A stretch of 48,875 bases of DNA from a virus. The notes below the pieces were generated by a model. It had not been told where the DNA came from. It did no database searches and worked only from the letters and a program-made list of their open reading frames with translations. This document shows positions 34,157-42,492 of this stretch, one piece after another (the stretch's first letter is position 1; every line of letters begins with the position of its first letter). The translations under genes and the position numbers were made by a program. The stretch spans positions 1 through 48,875 of IMG/VR virus record IMGVR_UViG_3300009537_000023; one strand, written 5' to 3'.

Positions 34157-35895
34157 CAGAGACTTCTACCTTGGGCCAGTGAGAGTATTTGCTGGGGGGA
34201 TGGGACCGGGACCTGAGGAGCAGCACCCTCGCCTGCAGGAAGACCCTCTACACCAGGCGGTAATTCACCACCGGGCCCCGGCCCCAATTCTGGTTCGGGT
34301 GAAGGCATCGGATTTTCTATAAGCCACTTGTAAGGATCTGATTTAGTAGTCTGAATGGCTTGATGCCATGAGATGAGGTGATTGACCAGAGGAGTAGGAG
34401 CTCCTCCAGCGATCATCTCAAATATGACCTTCTCAATGCGATCCAGTAGAACCTTACGCTTGGTCTCGGAAACAGACTTGATCCACGGGGCCTGTTCCAT
34501 GACCTCTTGCTCATCGATGTAACCTTGAGCGGCAAATTGCATGAGTTCCACAAACCCCTCAAAGCCACCGATACCAATACCAAAGTCAACCGAAACGGTG
34601 TGGTGACCGTCGATAGTCTTCCTCGGGACGTATTCCTCCTCGAACTGTTCGCCCTTTGCTCGACCCTGCATTGGCTTTTTGATATTGCCATAGAGCTCCT
34701 CATCCATGATGAGGGCAGACGAACGAAGGAACTCCATGTCAGGAGTCATGCGATCCCAGAAGTCCTGGACCGCTGATGTGACGGTCCTGTTCAGTTCCCC
34801 TATCCCGAGACCCGTAACGGTGGAGCCGGGAGCTTCACCCCTAAGACTCTCAGTATCCTGGTTCAGGATGCGAATCAAGCGGTCCAGGACCTCCATGTCC
34901 CGTTCGGCTTGCAGTTCACCCGGGGGCTGGAGGAATCTTGCATCGCCATCACGGTCCATAATCTGTATGACTCGGTTGGCTGGATCCATGTTATAGACAC
35001 CCTTGACAGTCAACCACGGCCAAACAATGTTCTCGTTATAGGTGAGCTTCTGGTTCAGAAGCCTCATATATGCGAGAACCAAACCTATGTTCTGCTCGAA
35101 CATTGACTCCCCGCCAATCTGGTCGGGGACAGACATCGTGGTGTATTTGAACGGCACAAACCCCATACCGTGTTCCACAGTAACAAGAGGGAAGCCGTTG
35201 GCTAAAACTATCCACCAATTCTTGTCCATATAAGTGATGACTTCTACAGGGGCGAAAGGATCCTGTCTGACATCGATCACCGTATTGATAAGGGAAATTA
35301 GGCCAGGATAAGTATCCAAAAGGGCTGAGACAGTCAAGACCTCATCGAAAATCACCCACGGCATAGAGGCGATATCCATGGTAGGTTTAGTCAGGAAGGA
35401 ATAGCCTGACGTTGTGGTCGTCACACTACCAACACCGGGGGCAGGGAACACTGAGCGTGGATCCTTGTACACATACCTGGGTCCCTGAAGTGTTCTATCT
35501 GGAACCACCCCTACGACCCCTGCCCCAAAACCTACAAGGTAAAAGGCATACTGCTTCATGAGGGAAGGCATACCTGAAGACTCATCGTAGTGGGCAAGGA
35601 CCTTCTCTATCTTGTCAGCCTTGGACTGCGATACACGCTTTATCCGACTGGGACGCACATGACTGGAAGGAACCTTGCCCACCATCGCTGCATAGCGCTT
35701 CCACCCCAACCGGATCCAGTTAGCAATTTTTGGTGCCTCGCCTCTACGAAACTCTCCGGGCCACAAATTCTGATAGTTGCCATGATAGGCAGACATCAGG
35801 ATATTGAAGCGGTCTACCGCTTCGTGCCAATAAGAATTAGCCTTGTGCCTAAGCTCAAGGATTTCGTCGGCATTGGGTGGGGCTACGTCAGCCAT
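34156..35895 (-). CDS. portal protein candidate
   Basis: 579 aa, the largest non-terminase gene at the head of the morphogenesis arm, with a Pro/Gly/Glu-rich C-terminal tail. I verified no diagnostic motif. Confidence 0.55.
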   Translation of the reverse strand: MADVAPPNADEILELRHKANSYWHEAVDRFNILMSAYHGNYQNLWPGEFRRGEAPKIANWIRLGWKRYAAMVGKVPSSHVRPSRIKRVSQSKADKIEKVLAHYDESSGMPSLMKQYAFYLVGFGAGVVGVVPDRTLQGPRYVYKDPRSVFPAPGVGSVTTTTSGYSFLTKPTMDIASMPWVIFDEVLTVSALLDTYPGLISLINTVIDVRQDPFAPVEVITYMDKNWWIVLANGFPLVTVEHGMGFVPFKYTTMSVPDQIGGESMFEQNIGLVLAYMRLLNQKLTYNENIVWPWLTVKGVYNMDPANRVIQIMDRDGDARFLQPPGELQAERDMEVLDRLIRILNQDTESLRGEAPGSTVTGLGIGELNRTVTSAVQDFWDRMTPDMEFLRSSALIMDEELYGNIKKPMQGRAKGEQFEEEYVPRKTIDGHHTVSVDFGIGIGGFEGFVELMQFAAQGYIDEQEVMEQAPWIKSVSETKRKVLLDRIEKVIFEMIAGGAPTPLVNHLISWHQAIQTTKSDPYKWLIENPMPSPEPELGPGPGGELPPGVEGLPAGEGAAPQVPVPSPQQILSLAQGRSL

Positions 35896-35939
35896 TTAGA
35901 CGAGTCTATCAGAACCCTACCGAGATGAAACAAATGGGC

Positions 35940-36521
35940 TCACATATTCTCGCCACGCTTCGGTGGCGGCGGTACCCATCCCCTTGCTCGGCGCTGTCTG
36001 CCACGGGGAAATACAGGCTCAATTAGTACCTCCAAAGGTGGCCAAGTCTCTACTGTCCATATTGCCGGTTGAGCCTCGATAATCACAGCCACATTGCCTT
36101 GGGAGTTCTGCGGGTTGAGCCCAAGATTGGCAGGCCCGGCGGCAATATCCACAGAAAGATTGACTCTGGCTCTTGGGATCTGAAAACGAATGCGAGCGTT
36201 ACCAACAGGCGCATTGTACGGTAAAGGTACAGGAACAACACCCGGGGTCTGAAATGATAGCGGTGCCACACCAGCCAAAATAGCCTTAGCTGCGGTGGTA
36301 ATTGTAGGTGCTTGGGCCGAGAATATCATAGGAGCCGGAGAAGCTAAAACCTCAACAGTGGTAGACACCGTATTGGCAAGAACCATTACAGAGATACGGC
36401 TCAACTGAGAATCAGGAACTGTAGTCTCTAGGACCAGAGCAGTTTCTCGTGAGAGCCTAGACTCTGCTCCGCCAGTCTCAAGAACTAAGGCTGTCTCTCT
36501 AGACAGCCTGGCATCGGTCAT
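35940..36521 (-). CDS. structural-module protein with N-terminal tandem peptide repeats
   Basis: ARLSRETALVLETGGAESRLSRETALVLETTVPDSQLSRISVMVLANTV gives three copies of an LSR(E/I)(T/S)..VL repeat. Confidence 0.5.
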   Translation of the reverse strand: MTDARLSRETALVLETGGAESRLSRETALVLETTVPDSQLSRISVMVLANTVSTTVEVLASPAPMIFSAQAPTITTAAKAILAGVAPLSFQTPGVVPVPLPYNAPVGNARIRFQIPRARVNLSVDIAAGPANLGLNPQNSQGNVAVIIEAQPAIWTVETWPPLEVLIEPVFPRGRQRRARGWVPPPPKRGENM

Positions 36522-37546
36522 GGTCTTACTTCAAAACCGAACTCAGAAGCATTGACCTTTGCTATAGACCATGCCGAAGAATCTGTAGGATCTTGTTCCC
36601 ACATTTGATCATACATGGCATAGGAAGTTATCAAGGTTTTATCGGCCCCCGCTGCGTCTACACCGGCCCTACGGGCTATTATCCTAGACTGTTTGACACC
36701 AGAATCAGACTTAGCGGCATATATTGAGGGCATAACTCCAAAAACAGTTCCGGAGCCCAAGGCTAGATCATCAAAACTGTAAGTATCCTTCTGACCATTA
36801 GTAGGCGACCCGACGTAATCGGTAGTATTGACAGCGGCCTCATCAACTAGTAGGTAGTTGTCTACGGAATTCCCATCAGATCCCAACAACTGCGAATAGT
36901 TGCCATTTCCATTGGGAAACAAAGTCTCAACCCTACAATCACCAAGGAAGTCATTGTGAATAGATCCCGCACCATTACAGATGTAAACATCGTCATACAC
37001 AGGTTTATTACCGTTGGTGCTAGCAGTAAACCACACAGTGTCGAAAACTGTGGCAGTTCCCCCGGACTTGGTATCTACACCAGAGAGATCAGACCAACCA
37101 GCGGGAACCAGCCCGTCCAGGCGCAATTTAACTACCCCTACCGTATCACTTAAGGTAACATAAATCTCCAAATAATGCCAGGCACCTAAGGTAAGAATAC
37201 CGGCCGAGGTTCTACCCAACTCCGTCGAGCCCCTCTGGACTATTAACTCATTGAGGGTGCTAAAGGAAATATCAATATGGCTGGTGGCTGAGTTGTCACC
37301 ATAAAGCCTAAAAAAGTCGTTGGCAGGGAAGGAAATGTTAGGAATATTGAGCGCAAACCCCACTATGAGTGTGGCATGACGATCAGCCGCAGGAAGAAGC
37401 CATCTATGGATTGATGAAGCCCCATTTTCAGGCCGAGCACCAGTGCCAAATCTCCCATTCTGTGCTGTCATACCCACAGACAAGGCAGCCCTTCCCGCCC
37501 AAGCAGTTGCCCCGTCGTCAAACCCCTCTATGCGAAGGAGACTCAT
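36518..37546 (-). CDS. beta-rich (jelly-roll/lectin-like) structural-module protein (342 aa)
   Basis: Called on composition and position. ATGA-type coupling to both neighbours. I verified no motif. Confidence 0.45.
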   Translation of the reverse strand: MSLLRIEGFDDGATAWAGRAALSVGMTAQNGRFGTGARPENGASSIHRWLLPAADRHATLIVGFALNIPNISFPANDFFRLYGDNSATSHIDISFSTLNELIVQRGSTELGRTSAGILTLGAWHYLEIYVTLSDTVGVVKLRLDGLVPAGWSDLSGVDTKSGGTATVFDTVWFTASTNGNKPVYDDVYICNGAGSIHNDFLGDCRVETLFPNGNGNYSQLLGSDGNSVDNYLLVDEAAVNTTDYVGSPTNGQKDTYSFDDLALGSGTVFGVMPSIYAAKSDSGVKQSRIIARRAGVDAAGADKTLITSYAMYDQMWEQDPTDSSAWSIAKVNASEFGFEVRP

Positions 37547-37965
37547 GCTGCCCTTATCACATCATTCGGCCAAGTGACTGTGTAACCCGCCCCGTTAGAT
37601 GGCACACCAAAGCCTGAATCATGTAAGCTCAGGGGTATGGAGCTCGCATCATCGGTGATGAACTTGTAAATCAGAACGGCTGTAGGGGTCTCATTGTCCA
37701 AGGCACCATAATCAAGAGTCGCCATATCAAAGTTTGCCCGGTTATTGGCATCGTCCTGAGTCACTGTCAAGCCCGTAGCTGCAACCCGAGCATATGAACC
37801 ATCAGAGGCTTCAGTGTTAGCGGCAAGAACAGCAGCCACTGTGGCATGATCTGGCTCGATTGTCAGGGCACCTGTTAGAAGTAAAGACCTTATATCGTCG
37901 TTGACCAGATCAATACTGCCCCGAAGCAACTCTGCCTTTGCCACGTTGTAGACAATCTCAGCCAT
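37543..37965 (-). CDS. hypothetical structural-module protein (140 aa)
   Basis: ORF track. Coupled to the downstream gene. Confidence 0.45.
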   Translation of the reverse strand: MAEIVYNVAKAELLRGSIDLVNDDIRSLLLTGALTIEPDHATVAAVLAANTEASDGSYARVAATGLTVTQDDANNRANFDMATLDYGALDNETPTAVLIYKFITDDASSIPLSLHDSGFGVPSNGAGYTVTWPNDVIRAA

Positions 37966-38042
37966 CTTCAGCCTCTAATCCAATGTCGGCAGGCTCGGCG
38001 GTTATTACCACAGGGTCTGCGGGGTCAGAATCCGAGCCAGGG

Positions 38043-38381
38043 CTAGTACTCCACATAAGACAGGTATCCGGCTTGCTTGTTGGAGCCTGACAAGGTGAGA
38101 ACCAGAGCCTCACCACTCTCGGTCTCGAAGACCCCAGTTTCTGAGGTGCGGTCGTTGAAGATGGTGTTATTGGCCACGTCCATCGGGCCTGTTATGGCAT
38201 TACTACCTGATTTCCATGTCAGAGTGTTGTTGCCAGAAGAGGCAATAAACCAGCCGATGACCACGATCTTGTGACCCGGCACAGCGGCAACGATCGGGTG
38301 ATCGGCTGCTGTGGCGACGTTGATGATGGCTCGCTTTACTGGATAGCGGCCTCGGATACTTGCGCCTGCACCTTGTGTCAT
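38043..38381 (-). CDS. small beta-rich protein (112 aa)
   Basis: ORF track. Its pattern resembles that of the product of 38422..38715 (alternating hydrophobic strands, Gly/Ser/Asn turns). Confidence 0.45.
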   Translation of the reverse strand: MTQGAGASIRGRYPVKRAIINVATAADHPIVAAVPGHKIVVIGWFIASSGNNTLTWKSGSNAITGPMDVANNTIFNDRTSETGVFETESGEALVLTLSGSNKQAGYLSYVEY

Positions 38382-38421
38382 TTATCCAAACCTTTCGGAA
38401 TAGCAGTATAACGCTTCCAAC

Positions 38422-38715
38422 TCAGACATTTATCCGACCCTGTATAAGAACCCTCACATCTATGGGACCCGTAGCAGCGATACCATAAAGCCTCTCACCC
38501 GATTTGCCCTGAAAGCTTCTGTGGAACAAGTCAGTGGGGCTGAAAGTGGCACCCGCAGCAACTGGAAAGCCATTAGCGGTTGTCACTGCCGAGTCACCTA
38601 TGTAAAGAGCCTCTGAGGCATGGGTGTTCTTCAGGATGAAGCCCGAATACTGAGTTCCCGCCAGGGCAACAGCTGAGGTACTAACTGTGGTCTGATGCTG
38701 TCGTGCTACTGCCAT
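38422..38715 (-). CDS. small beta-rich protein (97 aa)
   Basis: ORF track. Its start overlaps the terminase stop region. Confidence 0.45.
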   Translation of the reverse strand: MAVARQHQTTVSTSAVALAGTQYSGFILKNTHASEALYIGDSAVTTANGFPVAAGATFSPTDLFHRSFQGKSGERLYGIAATGPIDVRVLIQGRINV

Positions 38716-41096
38716 GGGTTTTCTCGACGCTGAACTCTAGCTGAGCGATGTCCTGAATCTCGTGATGGTCTACGATCAGGCCGCTGGTATATATTGTCCT
38801 CTGCCAATCGTGGGGGCATCGAGTCTCCAAATGGGTGTTTAACCCCGGACTGAGCTACCTCCACTTTAAGACCCTTAGGAATCTTGTAGCGGTTGTTCTC
38901 CAGGAACCAGTGGCCATTAACCATGTCGTCAGTCTGCGAGTCAGGCCACTCAGTCAACTCCATCTTGAACTCATTGATAGAGGCCCTCGTCCTCATATCC
39001 CTCTGATCGTACGGCAAATCAACCCTGCCCTGTCGATACCGTGGTCTCAGGGTCTGCACACCATACTCCTCGAGCGCCTTACGGGGATCAGACTCATGCC
39101 CCTTTATATGAGTCTGGTTCAACTGCATCCACTCATTTACATAGGTGTGCTGGAACAGATACCGCTGTGCGGCATTCTCCTCAATGATCCACATAGATAT
39201 AGGCCAGCCCATATCTTTACTGCGCTGCTGCCACTGATCCATGATGCCGTGGTACTCGTTTGTTCGAGTGGAAACGGACAAAAAACTGTCGGCGGTCAGT
39301 CTTGCCCGAACGATGTCTATCAGGTAGTCGTGGTCATCCCGGTCGTGCCAAATCCACCACTGCACAGACCAATAGTTAACTGCCGACGGGTCAACTGTGG
39401 CTATTGAGAAACAGTCCTGGCGTGGCAGGTACCCATTCTTCTCCACAGAGAGGTGTTCAGGTATCTCCAGTAGAGTGCGGCCGTAGTTGTAGCAGCCGGG
39501 GTAGATGATGTTGTTCTCGTCCGTGCCCCCGGTCAGCCAGACCTCTTGAATCAGGTTGTCCTCTGTGGACTCATCCTCCTGCTGATATGTCAGGGCATAT
39601 TTCCTGGGGTTCGACTCCTTGGCTCTCAGCAGATCGTGCCACTTAAACCTCACCGGATCCAGTAGGCAGTTCATGTGATCTATCGACTTCAAAGATCCAG
39701 GAGCCGGGCAAGCCTCATCGTTGTGGGCCGGATACTTAACATAGCGGTAGACCTTGTGCTGCATCCTCTGTGGCGTGATTACCGGGTCACCGTGGGCATC
39801 TTTAGGACCGTCGGGGTCAGATGTCCAGTCTACCTCCATGAGCCCTTCACCGGCCATTTGAGATGAGGAGGTTTGGGCGTCGTATATCTCCCGCATCAAG
39901 TCTTCCCTAATCGCAGCAATGGTCTCATCATCCATGGTGCTGGTAATGCGGTCCAGCAGCAGGCTCTCGATGTCCTCATCTGTGGTGTAGGTCATATCCC
40001 GACAGTGACGAAACAGGTCATACTTGCCAAAGCGTGTGCCCACCAGAGCGATGATACCACCAGGCTCCGCTCTCGATACGGCATACTCCTCCCACCACTC
40101 ATGAAGGCTATTCCTCTGGTCAGGAGTCTTACTGTTCTTGTCATCCACAAGATCGTCCCACAGGTTCAGATCGAACCTGCCGCCCAGGAAGCCCATCTGC
40201 TGGGACAGAGCCTTGACAGTTGGCTCTTTCTCACCAGCCACGAAGACCGATTCAATAGCCTTGAGAAGCTGATGGATCTCATCATCCGAGTCTTGCATTC
40301 TGGCTTGCGTTCTCGGATCCATATAGTCCAGCCCTGCCAGTGCCAGTCTGAACTCAATAGAGGCTTCTGAGCCAGTCACCCCATCAACAATGAACTCGTC
40401 CTGTCTCCAGACCTCTGTCTCCTCAGGCTTGAATCTGCCGAAGTCCACAGCAAGCAAGGTGTTACGCTCCAGGGTGTTGCGTAGGCGTCTGCTATAGGCT
40501 GTCGCCTGACTCGTAGTGCGGCTTCCCAGCCCAATTCTTATGTTCCTATCTCTCGAAATAACCCACCCAGGGAAGTCGTGCGTGACCGTCGTGGTTTTTC
40601 CTCCCCCGGGTGGGGTATTCAACACGCCACGGACTCGTTCAGACCGTCTGCGTGCTTCCTCCAGCCAACTCATAATGAGAAGGCACATCTCCAACTGCCA
40701 CTCGATGTTTCTGCGGCCTAGATAACGTCTTCGCCAGTACCCCAACTCTTTATGGGCTTGCTGCGCCGGCTTGCTCAGATCCTCGAACTTCGTGATAGGA
40801 TCTGGGATCTCCATCATCAGAAGCGGCTTATCGGGCATGTGCCCTTCATCATCCGTCTCCTGATACAACCGCTCGGCGATCTGTTTGGGACTCAGCTTGA
40901 AACCATCAGCCCACTGTTCCTGCAAGGCTTTCATCAGATTACGCACTGTAGGCCTCGAGAACCCTACGGACTCCCCAACCTTGAAGGGGTTTCTACCCGA
41001 TCTACGAACCTCTGCATAGAACCAGGCTTTAGCTTCCTCCGTCAAATGCCCACCAGGCGTGCGTAAGTTATCCGGGGGCTTTAGCTTCTTGGCCAC
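38706..41096 (-). CDS. terminase large subunit with an N-terminal HTH extension
   Basis: NTPPGGGKTT (Walker A), FDLNLWDDLVDD (Walker B), ALVGTRFG (coupling motif). C-terminal RNaseH-like nuclease acidic motifs SIATVDPS and MWIIEENAAQ. The first ~150 aa contain KVGESVGFSRPTVRNLMKAL (HTH). Confidence 0.85.
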   Translation of the reverse strand: MAKKLKPPDNLRTPGGHLTEEAKAWFYAEVRRSGRNPFKVGESVGFSRPTVRNLMKALQEQWADGFKLSPKQIAERLYQETDDEGHMPDKPLLMMEIPDPITKFEDLSKPAQQAHKELGYWRRRYLGRRNIEWQLEMCLLIMSWLEEARRRSERVRGVLNTPPGGGKTTTVTHDFPGWVISRDRNIRIGLGSRTTSQATAYSRRLRNTLERNTLLAVDFGRFKPEETEVWRQDEFIVDGVTGSEASIEFRLALAGLDYMDPRTQARMQDSDDEIHQLLKAIESVFVAGEKEPTVKALSQQMGFLGGRFDLNLWDDLVDDKNSKTPDQRNSLHEWWEEYAVSRAEPGGIIALVGTRFGKYDLFRHCRDMTYTTDEDIESLLLDRITSTMDDETIAAIREDLMREIYDAQTSSSQMAGEGLMEVDWTSDPDGPKDAHGDPVITPQRMQHKVYRYVKYPAHNDEACPAPGSLKSIDHMNCLLDPVRFKWHDLLRAKESNPRKYALTYQQEDESTEDNLIQEVWLTGGTDENNIIYPGCYNYGRTLLEIPEHLSVEKNGYLPRQDCFSIATVDPSAVNYWSVQWWIWHDRDDHDYLIDIVRARLTADSFLSVSTRTNEYHGIMDQWQQRSKDMGWPISMWIIEENAAQRYLFQHTYVNEWMQLNQTHIKGHESDPRKALEEYGVQTLRPRYRQGRVDLPYDQRDMRTRASINEFKMELTEWPDSQTDDMVNGHWFLENNRYKIPKGLKVEVAQSGVKHPFGDSMPPRLAEDNIYQRPDRRPSRDSGHRSARVQRRENPWQ

Positions 41097-41317
41097 TACT
41101 TCTTCTTTTTGGGCTTAGGCTTCTCAGAGCGACGCTGTATCTCCGCACAATACGCCTTGGGATTGCGCTTCTTCTGGTTCTTCTGGACACAGTCCTCGAA
41201 GTTCTTGTACCCTGCGAACGGCATAGCTCGGAGTGTAATAGATCCGAATGCTTTGGATACTCCCACGAGGAACCTCATGGTCCTCAGCCATGCCGCCCGC
41301 AAGCATCCCCGTGTCAA
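41096..41317 (-). CDS. small basic protein at the head of the late arm (73 aa, or 42 aa from the internal Met)
   Basis: ORF track. The plausible core is MPFAGYKNFEDCVQKNQKKRNPKAYCAEIQRRSEKPKPKKKK. The N-terminal 31 aa may not be translated. Confidence 0.4.
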   Translation of the reverse strand: MTRGCLRAAWLRTMRFLVGVSKAFGSITLRAMPFAGYKNFEDCVQKNQKKRNPKAYCAEIQRRSEKPKPKKKK

Positions 41318-41600
41318 ACCCAGCCTGAGCCGAGCCGACCCACCCCCTGCCGCTCCTGCCAGCCTGCCTCCTGCCGCCTCGCCGTGCTCCGCACCTTGAC
41401 CGCCCCTCCTTGATCCGCCCGCCGCCAGCGACAGATGCGAGTCAGCAAGCGAGCGAGCGAGTCGTACAATAAGCTTAACATTCTCTTAACACTTTCTTGA
41501 GATGCTCTTAACATAGCATGATGCATGATTACAGCATTGACAAGTGAATCATGAGAGATGCGAGACTCGCAGAAACGATTGAATCGATTGAAAGCGAGTC
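41318..41600. promoter_or_regulatory. divergent control region between the late (-) and early (+) arms
   Basis: There is no credible ORF. It contains a CTGCC-repeat GC-rich tract (41330-41400), GCGAGTC at 41437, 41457 and 41594, (GCGA)n at 41449-41460, CTTAACA at 41474, 41485 and 41505, TTGACA at 41537, and the 11-bp palindrome GCGAGACTCGC at 41560-41570. Confidence 0.6.
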
Positions 41601-41858
41601 ATGATGAGTGCGAAGAAGACAACGACGTTTGCTGACACTTTCGCAGCGATCGCAGACGCAGACGAATGCATTAGTGCAGACGACTTGCGCGATCTAGTCG
41701 AAAGCGAAACTGGCAAGTCGCTCAACTCAAAGACAGTAAGAGCGAAGTTGCGAGCGATGCAAGCAAGAGATCAGAAAACACTCAAGAACGCAAGATGGCG
41801 AATCGACGAAACGCTCGCTGAGACTTTCGTTGAAAGCTATCGAACGAAAGCAAGCTAG
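41601..41858 (+). CDS. small putative DNA-binding protein; paralog family member 2
   Basis: SADDLRDLVESETGKSLNSKTVRAKLRAMQARDQKTLKNARWRIDE aligns by eye with the product of 43175..43393. It is flanked by the palindromes GCGAGACTCGC (41560) and GCGAGTCTCGC (41881). Confidence 0.55.
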   Translation: MMSAKKTTTFADTFAAIADADECISADDLRDLVESETGKSLNSKTVRAKLRAMQARDQKTLKNARWRIDETLAETFVESYRTKAS

Positions 41859-41919
41859 CAGCTAAGTAGCTTGTCAATAAGCGAGTCTCGCAATTCTCTC
41901 ACAAGCAAGAAAGCGAGTA

Positions 41920-42006
41920 ATGATGCGAGTCATTCCAACGATCCCAGCGATGATCCTCATGATTGTCCTGTTCCTGATCGCCGCCGCCGTCGACCTGCCC
42001 ACCTAG
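41920..42006 (+). CDS. 28-aa hydrophobic micro-ORF (MMRVIPTIPAMILMIVLFLIAAAVDLPT)
   Basis: Translated by hand. Its leader and start, GAAAGCGAGTAATGATG, is nearly identical to that of the neighbouring gene (GAAAGCGAGTCATGATG at 41590). It would encode one TM helix. Confidence 0.35.
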   Translation: MMRVIPTIPAMILMIVLFLIAAAVDLPT

Positions 42007-42440
42007 ATCCCAGCGCACGCAGTCCCCACAAGACGTAAGCCGTGCGCTACACCTTTGCCCCGCCCACCCACCGACCCTCCCGAGGCCAACTGTGGTAGCG
42101 GTCCGCCCCCGGAGGTCCTCCTACGGCCAACTGGAGTAGCGGTGCGGTTGGTGCTTGGTGTTGGTCCTCTCGGAGGTCCTCCATGCCTCACCAATGCTCG
42201 AGGCCAGCCATACCCTGGTACGGAGGCGTCATAGTCCCACAGAACGGCCGGGGCGTGGTTCGGAGGTCCGCCGCAAGCTCTGGACGGCCATTCCGCATTA
42301 ATCCGCTCCATATCCAAGCCCTGGACGGATATCCTCGTCCTAATGGCGGCTGAGGTAGGCCTTGAGGCCTAATAGGATCGGTCCTCCCTTTATACCGCCG
42401 TAGCCTTAGGGTTGTCCTCGCTATTCCTGCTAGCTAGCAT
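42007..42440 (+). other. GC-rich ORF-free segment with internal repeats: candidate structured RNA or replication origin
   Basis: Two tandem units begin with GGCCAACTGnnGTAGCGGT and end with CGGAGGTCCTCC (42084-42121 and 42125-42182). A third CGGAGGTCC lies at 42261. CTGGACGG occurs at 42280 and 42321. Several 5-8 bp stems are present. The only ORF is an antisense Gly/Pro/Arg-rich artefact. Confidence 0.3.
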
Positions 42441-42492
42441 GTGCGTGTGAGCAACGTGCAAAAGCCCAGCACAGAAAGCGAGGTTCGAGGCT

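Noticed and set aside
41314-41526. 70-aa - strand ORF upstream of the late operon.
   Set aside because: The composition is Arg/Gly/Trp/Gln-rich. It spans the repeat-laden control region and has no RBS. It is more plausibly non-coding.
42003-42317. 104-aa - strand ORF inside the GC-rich segment.
   Set aside because: The product is Gly/Pro/Arg-rich (GGPPRGPTPS..., GRRRTSGGGP...), which is characteristic of a random open frame in GC-rich DNA. It is oriented against the early arm and has no RBS.
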